From: Octopus sinensis | Taxonomy: Eukaryota | Direction: 5' to 3' | DNA length: 64,000 nt | Assembly (NCBI RefSeq): GCF_006345805.1 | Contig: NC_042999.1 | Span: 29,884,001-29,948,000, forward strand | Part shown: in pieces, positions 25,782-38,894 of the stretch | Layout of the letters: each line of letters begins with the position of its first letter | Position numbering within the stretch: the stretch's first letter is position 1 | The notes under the pieces: generated by a model | Database searches by the model: none | What the model was told of the DNA's origin: nothing | Seen by the model: the letters and a program-made list of their open reading frames with translations, nothing else | Made by a program: the position numbers and the translations under genes

Positions 25782-28130
25782 CTTATATATATATAAATAT
25801 ATATATATATCTTTATATATATAAATATATTTATATATCTATATATATATATACATATATATATATATAGATATGTATATATATATATAAATATATATAT
25901 ATTTGTATTTATATATAGATATATGTATATATATATATATATATACACATTCACATATACAAACACACATACATATATATCACCACCACCGTCATCCTGA
26001 TCAGAACAACTTGGGGAGATGGACTTGAAATGTGGTAGTGGACAAATACATAGTTACAAAGTGCGATAAATAAATAATTGTCTTCTAAATTACGCACAAA
26101 TGAAAATAACATTAACATCGTCAGATTGACACCTAAACACTCTGAAATGCTCGTTTTCGAACTCCCGGCGTGAATGTCAAACAGTACAGCAAGTCGTTTC
26201 AAAAATCTCTGGTAGAGTGAATTGCGTTCCGGTAACATTTTTCCCAAACACAGTGCACAAATGACCCTGCTATACTATTTACTCGACACAATCGAAAACA
26301 AAGAATGCGCGTATGCGAAATTAAATATATAAACAGCGTTAATTTGTCCATTGCACGCTTTACATGCCCACATATCTAAAGCAACCAATCCATGATTCTC
26401 TGTGTTTGTGTGTGTGTGTGTTTGAATGTATTTTTGTGCACATATTTGTTGGATCACGTGTAGATGCGTTTGAGTTTACCGCGATCTGTCTATACGGCTT
26501 GTGCACAGATTTGAGATACGTTATTTGCGATACAATATTATTTAAGCTAACCTTGCCATATAGAAATACATAAATCGCTAAATACACCAAAAGTTAATGG
26601 AATTGTATGTGAAGTGTACGATAAATTTTAAACTGTATATAGAGAAGGATTAAAATATATCTGATGATTTCACCCCTTTGAATAATTCTTGAAAGGACAT
26701 TATACACATTCCTGTGAACTTCACTGGTGCATTTGCAACAAGTTTTTTACGATAAGAAACGCAGCTACGAGTTTTGTTAAAACGAGTGACGGATGGATCC
26801 TACAAACCGGGTCTATATTAAATGGTACGTATTTTTTTTATTCTATAAAAATATACTTTGGTTTGTTAGCTAGAATAAAATGAATTATATATTAGGAGTA
26901 AACTATTGTTATTACTAATATAATTGTTTTCGTTGTTGTTGTGGTTGCTAATATAGTGGTTGGTAGTGGTGTTGTTTCTATTGTTATTATGGCTATAACT
27001 CTCTAGGCTTATCTTTCTCATGCATTCAAATGATTACATTGGAGTGAAAGACAGCGAAATACATTAAAGTAATTTAAAGCAAGACCAAATTCGATTTGGT
27101 TGTCCTTTCTATAGAAAGCTATCTTCATTCTCAAGGTGATCATTGCTGACGATGTCTTATCCCCAATGGCCGAAAACGACCCAAATTCATTCATCAATGC
27201 TGATTGTCTTAATTCTAGTAACGTGAGTTGTTTGAAACATTCATATAATCATGTGAGTAACAATATATTGATGTAATACATCCGTTTGGATTTGATTCGG
27301 TTTTATAAGCATATACATACACACATCTTCAGAGACACTGTTATTCATTTAGAGATCCATTAAGTTAACGACGTCTCTGTCAACATAAACATTACAAAGT
27401 CTTCTTATATCTGCATTTTTCTTCTCTTCATCTCAAACGGAAATTTCAACCATTTTTCGGAATATTCCCTCTTCTCTTAAATCATTGTCGTCAACATCAC
27501 CATCATCCGTGTCATCATCATAATATTCTTGCCCGTCCTCCTACTCATCACCAAGAAATAAATCACTACCAACACCGCCACTGGAGTTATTTATAATTTT
27601 GACGTTCATCATTGAGTCCAACATCAACACAGTAGTGGTGGTCGTCGTCCTCGTTGTCGTTGTCGTCGTCGTCACGTTAATCATAAAAATACCATGAACA
27701 TGAGCATCTCCACCACCAATGACAACAACATCCCCATCATCATCATCGACGTCGTCGCCGTTGTCTTTGTCACCACCAGCACCACCACCGTCACCTCATT
27801 TTCAGTAGACGATGTGACAACTGGAAGAAAGAAAATATACCAACAGTAGGGTACTAATTTATATATCGAATTCAAAGAAAATCGAAGCTGAACTGAATGA
27901 AGGTTTCAACCCAAAGCAGCAGAGCGCTAGATGTTTCAAAAGGATTCCTGCAATTCTGCAGAGAGTGTTCCAGAGAAAAGTGCATACTATTATTCATTTT
28001 CAGCTGATACACTTGTCAATTATTATACTTTCTCTACTTATATTAACTGAATAAAAATCGTAACACTGCTAGTTTGCTCATTATCACCTACAAACACAAA
28101 CATATGCCAAAGTCCACAAACGCACCTCAA

Positions 28131-28428
28131 TATGTGACTCAGGGGTTTAGGGCATTCGACTCACGATCGTATGGTCGTGAGTTCAATTCCTGGCGACGCG
28201 TCTTGAGCAAGAGGCTTCATTTTACGTTAGTCAAGTCCATTCATGTGTTACTCCAGTCCATTCATGTATTTCAAAGGGCCAGCAATGTCACACTCTGCGT
28301 CACGCTGAATCTCCCTGAGAAATGCATGAAGGTTACACATATATGCCGAGTGCTCAGCCACTTGCACGTTAATTTAACAAGTAAGCTCTTGCCCTGATCA
28401 GCTGGGAGCCTCGTCGTTGTAACGACAG
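28131..28428 (+). mobile_element. tRNA-derived SINE, CORE-like centre, 3' half shared with the SINE at 51727
   Basis: A-box-like tgactcaggggtttag, B-box-like gagttcaattcct, cttgagcaag; 3' half ttcaaagggccagc...gccacttgcacgttaattt...ctcgtcgttgtaacgac. Confidence 0.75.
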
Positions 28429-28477
28429 TTTGCGCTTTTATATATATATTTATAAGCGTATATGTACGTTATAGTTA

Positions 28478-28763
28478 CGAAGATGTACTTGCATAGCAAG
28501 TGATTTGATCTGAGATAGTGTGCTGAAACGAAAACAATTGCAGCGTGGAGGGTGTTTGTAAGCCATTTAAGAAACACACAAATGTCGTTCGGTTGACTTC
28601 AAAATTTAAGTTTAATTTGTCAAAATATTTTCGTCGCTTTAAGACCGCGACCTGTTCACTGACAAAAATATTTTGACAAATTAAACTTAAATGTTGAAGT
28701 GAATCGAACGGCTTTTGTGTGTTACTTAAATGGCTTACAAACACCTTCCACGCTGCAATTGTT
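28478..28763. mobile_element. Second copy of the pLTR hairpin family, with 13-bp target-site duplication
   Basis: Homologous to 19891-20230 in opposite orientation with a central deletion; TACGTTATAGTTA at 28465-28477 and 28764-28776. Confidence 0.85.
28616..28666 (-). ncRNA. G3-C8 hammerhead motif, second copy
   Basis: tttgtca gtgaaca g gtcgc-ggtcttaaa-gcgac gaaa atat t t tgacaaa: core and stems identical to 19973-20022, only loop II differs. Confidence 0.62.
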
Positions 28764-29416
28764 TACGTTATAGTTATATTTTATAAACTTTTGAGATAAC
28801 CTTCAATAATTATCATTTATTTAATATTTCGAAGTATAGACACACAATAAAAAATACCATCTAAATATTTCATTGAAAATGATATTTCGATATAAAACTT
28901 GCAATTCTTTAGTATATACAAGGAATTATTCATAGTTAAATATGAGTTCAGTGAGACCTCGACCCCACGCAATAGGTGAAAATCCTAGAAGTAGAAACAG
29001 TACTCTATATTTATGTTATTATATTTTTAATTTGTACATATTGGATAATAAATGCAAAACAGCACCACGACGAACCGACGTAAGCTTAAATATTAAACAG
29101 CAATAAGTAAACTGCGATTTGGCAAGTGCTAACTGTTTCTGAAAAATATTTAACATCTTGAAAGTTTATTAGTTTCTCATCATGTCAACACTACGTAGTT
29201 GTTGTAAGAATAGATTTTCTATACTGGACAGAAAAATTTAAAGCGTTAACTACAGGCTATGTCGGTTCGATTACCTCTAACAGCCTGCGTATTTTTCACT
29301 CCAAGAGCGAATTCATTGTAATATTTAAATACCATTATTTGTAGCTTGTGTTCCTACATCGAGATATTAACAAAAAAATACATGTATGGATAGATGTCTA
29401 TATGCATGCCTGATAG

Positions 29417-29491
<75 letters not shown>

Positions 29492-29716
29492 ATCAATATA
29501 GGGTGGTGAAAAAAAATTTTGTAGAATTCTTTTTGGCACCAGCGGCCTAGTGGGAAAAAATTAAATAGTCATAGACCATTTTTAAGTTCAACATCAACAA
29601 TCAAGGAACGGCCATAATAGGCCATTCACCCACTAGAAATAACAGCCAAAGCTTCAACCGCAAATAAAGATCAATTCCGTAAACAGGAGAAAATTTAAAA
29701 AAACATTTACCCTGTA

Positions 29717-29822
29717 ATTCTTGTACGATGCACCGTTTCGTCTGCTGTTTAATGGTAAACTAACCTGATTAAATTAAATCAAGCCAATCTTCCATAGGCC
29801 CTCAGATTCTTCAGCAAGAAAT
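29717..29822 (-). ncRNA. Type I hammerhead ribozyme, array unit 1
   Basis: As 31501-31607, with a 1-nt deletion in the 3' strand of stem I. Confidence 0.72.
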
Positions 29823-30208
29823 AGCCAAGTCGGAACAGATATTTTCACGAGGCATTTCCGACACTGCCAAGGCAATATCTGACCTAAAATTTTCAAATCG
29901 TCGCACTCGCGCCAAATTTATCGGCAGCAAATAAATATAAGCCGTCGATTCCATTACGGAATTAACCAGAAAATTCATAATTAATCAATATAGGGTGGTG
30001 AAAAAAAATTTTGTTGAATTCTTTTTGCCACCAGCGGCCTAGTGGGAAAAAATTAAATAGTCATAGACCATTTTTAAGTTCAACATCAACAATCAAGGAA
30101 CGGCCATAATAGGCCATTCACCCACTAGAAATAACAGCCAAAGCTTCAACCGCAAATAAAGATCAATTCCGTAAACAGGAGAAAATTTAAAAAAACATTT
30201 ACCCTGTA

Positions 30209-30315
30209 ATTTCTTGTACGATGCACCGTTTCGTCTGCTGTTTAATGGTAAACTAACCTGATTAAATTAAATCAAGCCAATCTTCCATAGGCCCTCAGAT
30301 TCTTCAGCAAGAAAT
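30209..30315 (-). ncRNA. Type I hammerhead ribozyme, array unit 2
   Basis: Reverse complement of 31501-31607. Confidence 0.78.
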
Positions 30316-30700
30316 AGCCAAGTCGGAACAGATATTTTCACGAGGCATTTCCGACACTGCCAAGGCAATATCTGACCTAAAATTTTCAAATCGTCGCACT
30401 CGCGCCAAATTTATCGGCAGCAAATAAATATAAGCCGTCGATTCCATTACGGAATTAACCAGAAAATTCATAATTAATCAATATAGGGTGGTGAAAAAAA
30501 ATTTTGTAGAATTCTTTTTGCCACCAGCGGCCTAGTGGGAAAAAATTAAATAGTCATAGACCATTTTTAAGTTCAACATCAACAATCAAGGAACGGCCAT
30601 AATAGGCCATTCACCCACTAGAAATAACAGCCAAAGCTTCAACCGCAAATAAAGATCAATTCCGTAACAGGAGAAAATTTAAAAAAACATTTACCCTGTA

Positions 30701-30807
30701 ATTTCTTGTACGATGCACCGTTTCGTCTGCTGTTTAATGGTAAACTAACCTGATTAAATTAAATCAAGCCAATCTTCCATAGGCCCTCAGATTCTTCAGC
30801 AAGAAAT
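30701..30807 (-). ncRNA. Type I hammerhead ribozyme, array unit 3
   Basis: Reverse complement of 31501-31607. Confidence 0.78.
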
Positions 30808-31192
30808 AGCCAAGTCGGAACAGATATTTTCACGAGGCATTTCCGACACTGCCAAGGCAATATCTGACCTAAAATTTTCAAATCGTCGCACTCGCGCCAA
30901 ATTTATCGGCAGCAAATAAATATAAGCCGTCGATTCCATTACGGAATTAACCAGAAAATTCATAATTAATCAATATAGGGTGGTGAAAAAAAATTTTGTA
31001 GAATTCTTTTTGCCACCAGCGGCCTAGTGGGAAAAAATTAAATAGTCATAGACCATTTTTAAGTTCAACATCAACAATCAAGAACGGCCATAATAGGCCA
31101 TTCACCCACTAGAAATAACAGCCAAAGCTTCAACCGCAAATAAAGATCAATTCCGTAAACAGGAGAAAATTTAAAAAAACATTTACCCTGTA

Positions 31193-31299
31193 ATTTCTTG
31201 TACGATGCACCGTTTCGTCTGCTGTTTAATGGTAAACTAACCTGATTAAATTAAATCAAGCCAATCTTCCATAGGCCCTCAGATTCTTCAGCAAGAAAT
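31193..31299 (-). ncRNA. Type I hammerhead ribozyme, array unit 4
   Basis: Reverse complement of 31501-31607. Confidence 0.78.
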
Positions 31300-31500
31300 A
31301 GCCAAGTCGGAACAGATATTTTCACCACCCTATATTGATTAATTATGAATTTTCTGGTTAATTCCGTAATGGAATCGACGGCTTATATTTATTTGCTGCC
31401 GATAAATTTGGCGCGAGTGCGACGATTTGAAAATTTTAGGTCAGATATTGCCTTGGCAGTGTCGGAAATGCCTCGTGAAAATATCTGTTCCGACTTGGCT

Positions 31501-31607
31501 ATTTCTTGCTGAAGAATCTGAGGGCCTATGGAAGATTGGCTTGATTTAATTTAATCAGGTTAGTTTACCATTAAACAGCAGACGAAACGGTGCATCGTAC
31601 AAGAAAT
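31501..31607 (+). ncRNA. Type I hammerhead ribozyme in the inverted segment
   Basis: atttcttg | ctgaaga | a-tctg...(long insert)...caga-c | gaaa cggtgcatcg ta | caagaaat: perfect 8-bp stem I, CUGANGA core, GAAA, GUA triplet (cleavage after 31599), self-complementary stem III. A10.1-C11.1 mismatch. Confidence 0.78.
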
Positions 31608-31727
31608 TACAGGGTAAATGTTTTTTTAAATTTTCTCCTGTTTACGGAATTGATCTTTATTTGCGGTTGAAGCTTTGGCTGTTATTTCTAGTGGGTGAAT
31701 GGCCTATTATGGCCGTTCCTTGATTGT

Positions 31728-31787
<60 letters not shown>

Positions 31788-33899
31788 CGTTAAATAATAG
31801 AAAACGGTGAGGATACAAAGCGACATACATCAGCTGATAGACATTTCCGTGTGTCTATTTATTCAAAATTATTAGGAAGCATTACACACATGTATTGATA
31901 ATGCAGGTGAGATTATAAAATAAGTTCCTTACGGCCGTTTCTGTCGAGAGGCAACAGGATTCTCCATGCTATCTCCATCTCTTCTGTATTCTATAGGGTT
32001 GGGAAATTTGGATGATGAGCGTGCCTCTAGGCTTCTTTCAATGGTTTAAATGATCATTGGGCTAATAAATATATAATAAACAGTCAACAATAGGTACATT
32101 ATTAAAAATGGAAGGGTTAATTTTGGCGGTACGCATTATCTTTACATAGAAATACGGAGGTGAAAGTTCATATATAAAGTGCCAGCTAGTAGGTGCAACG
32201 TTGTTGATGGTATGGCATAAGTAACCTATGATGGGGAACCCACCATGGGAATATTTCGTATATAACTGTACTAATGAGAGTAAGGAACCAGGTGGTGTCT
32301 AAGTTTTTTATCCTCTTCATTTTCTCTTATTTGCCGTATAAATTAAAGGATAAGACACATTTAGCCCCCACCTATATATGACTCAATTGCGAGATTGCAA
32401 TAACCACTTGACTTTGAATAACTGAATACATTAACAGCAGCATATTGGATAGGTACTATCCCTTAGTTGGTCATCCTCCCAGCCTCTACCTCTCACAGAA
32501 ACATACATATGTATATTCGCACACAGGAATGTCGGTTTATATTGATAGATTGATGGATAAATATAACATATATACTAACAAATATACATCGTTTTCTATA
32601 TACTGTCTCTATTTCTTACTCGTATTCAGAAATTTTTTAGATCGTTAGATGTGGTTTGTGCTTGATGAATATATTTGAGATATTTCTTAACTTGTTAAAG
32701 TATCAGTAGCAATTAAAGACATGTATTGTGTCCTGTAAATAAATAACATGTACCTCTCACTATATAGAGTACATTTTTCTTGAATTATCTATCATGGAAC
32801 AATGCAGGAGATGGGAGCAGGTGTGCGTGTGTGTCTATTTGTGTACTTGCGATTATTAAATGTGTATACGCAAAATTTAAATTATTTAACGCATTTCCTG
32901 AGCAACAGAGCAAATCATATCGTTTCTGGATTTATCGATAATATAATGCAAGTTAATAAGTGTTCGTTCACGTTTCATGTATTACAAGGGCATGGCCTAG
33001 GTTTCAAAATATGTAATGGGAAATGCTAAATTATTCTGCAGTGATGGAAGACTGAAAATAATTAAGAAACATTGGGAAGTTAAGAAATGCGATAAATGCT
33101 TATGATGATCATGATTATGATGATGATGATGATGATGATGACGACGACGAAGATGACAATATTGATAATCGTGATAATGATTTTGAGACTACGACGACGA
33201 CGACAACGACGGCGGCGGCAAAAACGACGACGATGGTAATTATGATGGTGATGGCGACTACGACGACGATGATGATGATGATTTAGTGGCGCTGATTTAA
33301 ATAGCACTCTATAATTCAGGATATTATTTTTTTTCTTGTATATCCCGAAGCCAACTCCATTCCAGTAGACCTATGATTAAATACAATCAAGACATCTCTA
33401 GAATGTGTTTACTAATATCCAAGTTTTACTTATCCTATATGAAGCCTCATCCCTTTGTTACTGGAAGATTGTAATTTCAGGTCAACATGGCTGTAAGATA
33501 TATTATCATGTAGAAAAAAAGGAAAAACACATAGAAGCTTCTAAATTAATGGCATTCTAATACACTAATTACTTTCGCTATTATTTTAGCACGGTAATGT
33601 TAATCATTTTGTCAAAAATACACAGTATTCTGAAGCATTTTCGCATTGTACAATCCTCTTTTATTCTTTCAATATCTTCCTTCAATTTCCTTTTTTGTTT
33701 GTCCCTCCTTGAGAAACACTCTCCCAGTATCTATGCCCTGGTTCTTGCTACCTGGCTATACCTTTCGTTTTAAACAAATAGATGGAACCTACTTTTCCCA
33801 CCACCACATAACGTTTCTTATTTCTTGAATTGCATCTCTAAAAAATGTCCCATTTCTTCACCGCAACACACCGAATTCTATTTTTTTAAGTAGGGATTT

Positions 33900-34421
33900 C
33901 AACTATGCTAGGTGGCCTGCTACCACAAAAACTCCTTTCTAGGATCCAGACAGCTCAAGACATTATCAGGTGGAACCACGTCCAGTTTTGGTCCCTACTC
34001 CTCTACCGTTTTGACGTGGTGGACCCCCCCATTTTGGAGGTATCTTCTGCTCTGCTGTTGGGTGCATGTCTTCTTTCTCCTTTCTTCTGTTCCCTGGCTT
34101 CTTCGATGTAGCTTCAACGAGTGTCAGCAGGCAACTGCCTGTCTTGTCACGTGCTTTTGTTCGTCGTTGTCTTTGAATTTGGTGATCATTCTTGCTACCT
34201 CGTTGTCGATTTGTTTATAACTCGCTTGGTGATTTGCTTTCGGCCATTTAATCTTTGCCCTCTGCACGTCTATCACTCTTTTTAACTGCTCCAATTAAAC
34301 CGTGGAATGAACTTCGCTATGGTTATTTTCCAGGAGGTTCTGCCCACGCCTTATGGATTATCAACCCGCATTGTAGAATTACTTTCTTCTGACACACATT
34401 CCCTTGGTGGTTTCTCAGCTC
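33900..34421 (-). mobile_element. Decayed fragment of a restriction-like-endonuclease non-LTR retrotransposon (HERO/NeSL-like N-terminal region)
   Basis: Minus-strand translation contains LRNHQGNVC (zinc-finger-like) and RAKIKWPKANHQASYKQIDNEVARMI, resembling the IKWP..N....W..FD.DV motif recalled for such elements; not database-verified. Confidence 0.4.
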
Positions 34422-34994
34422 TATATAATTAGCAAACACATTTCCGCAGCAGCTGAAATTCTCACATTTCCATAGAATAGTGCGATCTTAGCATGTTTCA
34501 TTTCATTGTTTAATTCTACCAAAATTTGCTGCAAATTGAAAATGTAGATAACAAATAGGTAATAAGAAAAAGCTATCAGATTTCGAGATTTTAACTTCTT
34601 TTATTGTAATTATTTTATGATCCGTACATGACAAAACAAATCAACGATATTTTTGTTTTTTTTAAATGTTGAATAAACTTATACCGACACTGCAAGTAAA
34701 AGAAAACGAAACTATCTCATGCTATCAGATTGAGAATTCCAGCACTGAACACATATTCAAGTTTGACTCATACTTATGTTTAAAAAAGCTTGCCAAAACA
34801 AAATGAGATATTCCCTTCAAATTGGAAATTTATTTCGAAAATAGATTTGTGTTACAATATAAGACAACAGACTAGAAATTAGTATCTGTTACTATTTACC
34901 GAATAACATGCCATAGCTAATTTACGTGGAAACGTCAAGCCTGTTAGTTAACTGCGAACGGTGCTGTGCGAGGCTAGAATGAAGAAGTAGTAGG

Positions 34995-35049
<55 letters not shown>

Positions 35050-35125
35050 TAGGTATATTTACTTCCAATATACGTATATTTAAAAAAGAATCTTTTACCA
35101 GTGGTTAGCAAATTAATATTTAAGG

Positions 35126-35164
<39 letters not shown>

Positions 35165-35361
35165 TGAGTCACCATGATAAATCGTTAGCCACTACACACA
35201 TTTTTTTTCTGTCCTTGTTTTTTCTGTGTCCCTTTCTGTAGAAGAGCGTAGGCTCGAAAGTAAAATACTTTTTTCTATTCCTGAGCGTAATGCTAATACA
35301 TCTCTTTGTTTTGTACACCACCTGTCTTCGTCTTTTGTTGTTTTTTTTCGTAAATTCTCCC

Positions 35362-35413
<52 letters not shown>

Positions 35414-36376
35414 GAGAGAGAGAGATAAATGGATAAATAGAAAAATAGATATAGATATGTATGTGTGTGTTACTGTTTCTTTTGCATAGCACCCTTTGCA
35501 GTTTAGTAACAGGCATGACTTTTCAACGTTAATTATTTATTGCATGGTCATTCGTAAACAGAAACAAAGATTAATTTCTAGTCTGTTGTTTTATACATTT
35601 TACTGAATCCACGACATAATTCCTGCAATAGTAATTACGAGTATTTGCTAACTTGAACCACAATAAAACTTCCAGGTTGAAGGAAATTTTCATCTTTTTT
35701 TTTTTGGCGGCGGGGCAAGCTTTTTTAAACATAAGTATGTGTCAAATTTGAATATGTGTTCGGTGCTGAAATTCTCAATCTCATAGCACTGGATAACTAT
35801 ATATAGGGTGAGAGAGAAAGAGAGAAGAGAGAGAGAGAGACAGACAGACAAATAGACAGACTGACAGAGAGACAGAGATAACAGGACAATTCTGAGGGAG
35901 AAATATGAAAAAGTTATATTAGCCGTTTATTATCAAAACTGATGTTGCCAAAATAATTTTCCGAAATTGTAATGGACCAAGGCAGGAATATTGCGGATGA
36001 TCGTAAAGGATCTCTTCGCGAGTTATATTATTCGTCATATTAATGCTAGGTATAAAGCAATACATGTTAAATTGTATTGTTTAAATACAGAGGCTCTCTA
36101 TAAAACACTTGCATATAGCAGCAATAGTTTGTATATTCACCAGGTTCCATCAACAATGATACAGTTCGTCGTCGGAAGAATATTTCGGGTCGGGGAAGAA
36201 AAATATTCAACACGTGCTGAAACAATGAGGGCATTAAAGATATTTACATGATGCCTGGTTGATGAAGCCGGTGGGGAAAATTAGGCATAAGTATGGTGAA
36301 TGCTTCAAATCCCAACATTTTGTGTGTATATATATATATATATATATATGTTTGTGTGTGTGTGTGCGGGTGTGTG

Positions 36377-36422
<46 letters not shown>

Positions 36423-37126
36423 TGTATATCTATCTATATATATATATATACATACACACACAAACACATACACACATATAATTATGAAAAAAAACAATGC
36501 CTGTCTGTTTGTAAGTTGACAACTGAAGGCAATAAATAAAACTGATTTTATTACGGGTTTTCATTGTCATATGAATTAATTCGACCACTCTGCATATAAA
36601 TGTTTCTATATGTGTCTCTTTCTCACTACTTCTACCTGTTTTTCTCGAGATACTATTTCAGGGTTTTCGTGTTATATAAATTAAGTTCCCCTTCCATAGA
36701 TAACTGTGATCTTATCTTCCGAAAACAGAATGGGGAGTAGCCAACTGGTGCATTATTGGATTTAATTTCTAGTAATGCACTTAGTTTGTTCTACGTAATG
36801 CTATTTAATGACTGGAAAAACGGCTATCCCACCTATCACTCAACCCTTCTACTTTCTCTATGTTTATACATTATATTTATTCCGTTGAATTCGTCGCCGG
36901 TTTTTTGTTTTTGCTTTCTCTCTGTATACATGTCCCTCGTTATGTCTCAGGCTCTCACTTTCTCTCTCTCTCCTTGTATAAATATATATAAGCATAACAA
37001 ATGCGCAACCGGTAAAAAGAACTTTCACCTAATTAAATTACTTAAATTACTTCAATTATTTGTCAGCATTTTTCTTCATTTCCTTTTTTATATATCACCA
37101 CTCGTGTTTGACATCTCCTTTTTAAA

Positions 37127-37189
<63 letters not shown>

Positions 37190-37216
37190 TATATATATAT
37201 ACATATGTATATATTC

Positions 37217-37618
37217 ATGTCAGGTCACTTTCAAGTGCTACTGGTAACATGTAACCCAGTACAACCTGTTTCATTGTCGGGTCGTCAAGCTTTGTGAGGA
37301 GAGTGTATATTGGACACCCTGCTGGATGAAAAACAAAATCCATCAAAGGGCAGAGGAACTCTTGAGAGTCAACGGCCATCCAATAAATGTGTTGAGGCTG
37401 TATCATGCCCGGGGCATAGAAATAATCGGACTGAATACCCGATCGCGCGGTTAAACCATTGGGAGTGAAGGACTCCTAGCCTTTGTTAGGGCATCCTTCT
37501 AGGAGAAGGTAGCTCAGGTAACTGGGATAACTCCGACATAAAACCTGCGGCTCAGTGGTTACCAATGATGTTGACTAGTTCTTCTTTTCGGATTATGGCT
37601 GCTGTTGCTTAGTGAGTG
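37217..37618 (+). repeat. About 400-bp dispersed repeat, copy A
   Basis: Homologous over its full length to the reverse complement of 38895-39312; shared ends atgtcaggtcac and gcttagtgagtg; ctaggagaagg block identical. Confidence 0.8.
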
Positions 37619-38669
37619 GGATTGACATGTTCAAATGTCTACTTATGCAATTGCCATTCCGTTTCTCCCAATCTCAGCTTCCTATATTTCTACAGCCATT
37701 ATCCCAAAACTTGAAGAAACCCAACACAACTACCATTCAAATACTATCTACCTTACGCACCAATTCATCTCCCAACTCTCCACCTTTGCTACCGCCTCCC
37801 TTCCTACCCTCATTATTAACCACTCACTCTTCCTGAACTATTTTTCTCATCTCCCCATACTTAATACATTTCATAACAACATCGACGAACTACACGACCA
37901 CCCACACCACATTTCATCTTCTCAGCATTAAGATCTGTAATGTAAGATCTTCTCTACCCTGATAGCGGGAGTTCGTCTTATCCACTATCAATCAGCTGTT
38001 GGAATTATTAATATATGTTTATACTGTACTTAAAAATTCATCATCTGTAAATTTCCACCGTTTGCTATAACTCGTTTTGCATGTATACATTTTGTATTGC
38101 ATAGACAAAATATTGTAGCAAGTATATTTAATATGTTTAATGTATCTAATTTGTTTATGTGCATAAATGCCTTTATGTGAGATAAACGTGACACCTCTCA
38201 TAACCTTTCTGTACCTCGCGGAAACGATTCTCTCTAAAGACATCGGAGTCTTATTTTAAACCACCTTGAACTCATCTGTAGAATATACAGACACACACAC
38301 ACACACACGCACACACACACTCACACACACATATATATTTCGTTGTTGGATTTGGTTTGCAAGACTCTTAAGTGAGTTCGTGCTTTGAAGCACATTCTGT
38401 TCTGTCTGGAGAGAGTCATTTTATTTTAGTGTCATATAATTTAACATGGCATATAAATTATGACACGCAACAGTAAAATTTCCACTTATTTATCTTTTTC
38501 ATATTTCTAAAATTTCCGTTGCTCCTTGCAACCTTTTCAATAGTTTTCACTCGAAATTATCGAAAAGGTTGCAAAGCAGCAAAGAAAATTTTAGAAAAAT
38601 AAAAAAAGAAATAAGAAATAAATGTTACCTGTGTGTTAAATTATTAGGCACTAAAAGAGAATGACAACA

Positions 38670-38704
<35 letters not shown>

Positions 38705-38709
38705 TATTA

Positions 38710-38741
<32 letters not shown>

Positions 38742-38894
38742 GAATATATATATGTATTGATGCATGTATATATATTTATATGTGGTGGCTGCCCTCTCGT
38801 TATCGAGTATGGCCATGGCATTAAGCATAATCAATGTTGTTGTGCAATGGCTGTGAGCAAGAAGATTTTTTTTTAAATAAGGAAAGGCTGTGCA

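Larger units (their letters stand above)
29489..31731 (-). repeat. Tandem array of a 492-493 bp non-coding, HHR-containing unit (3 full plus 1 partial) followed by an inverted segment of about 410 bp, embedded in (TA)n
   Basis: Unit starts at 29489, 29981, 30474, 30966; units differ by only one or two positions; inverted copy about 31318-31731; no ORF of 60 aa or more in the ORF track. Confidence 0.95.

Noticed and set aside
29489-31731. Array as CRISPR or ordinary satellite DNA
   Set aside because: There is no repeat-spacer alternation and no cas genes, and the context is eukaryotic. Each unit carries a full HHR fold and the array ends in a PLE-like inversion.
31925-31990. HHR-like half on the minus strand (gaaacggccgta)
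   Set aside because: A palindromic stem III and GUA are present, but there is no CUGANGA-like core or matching stem I.
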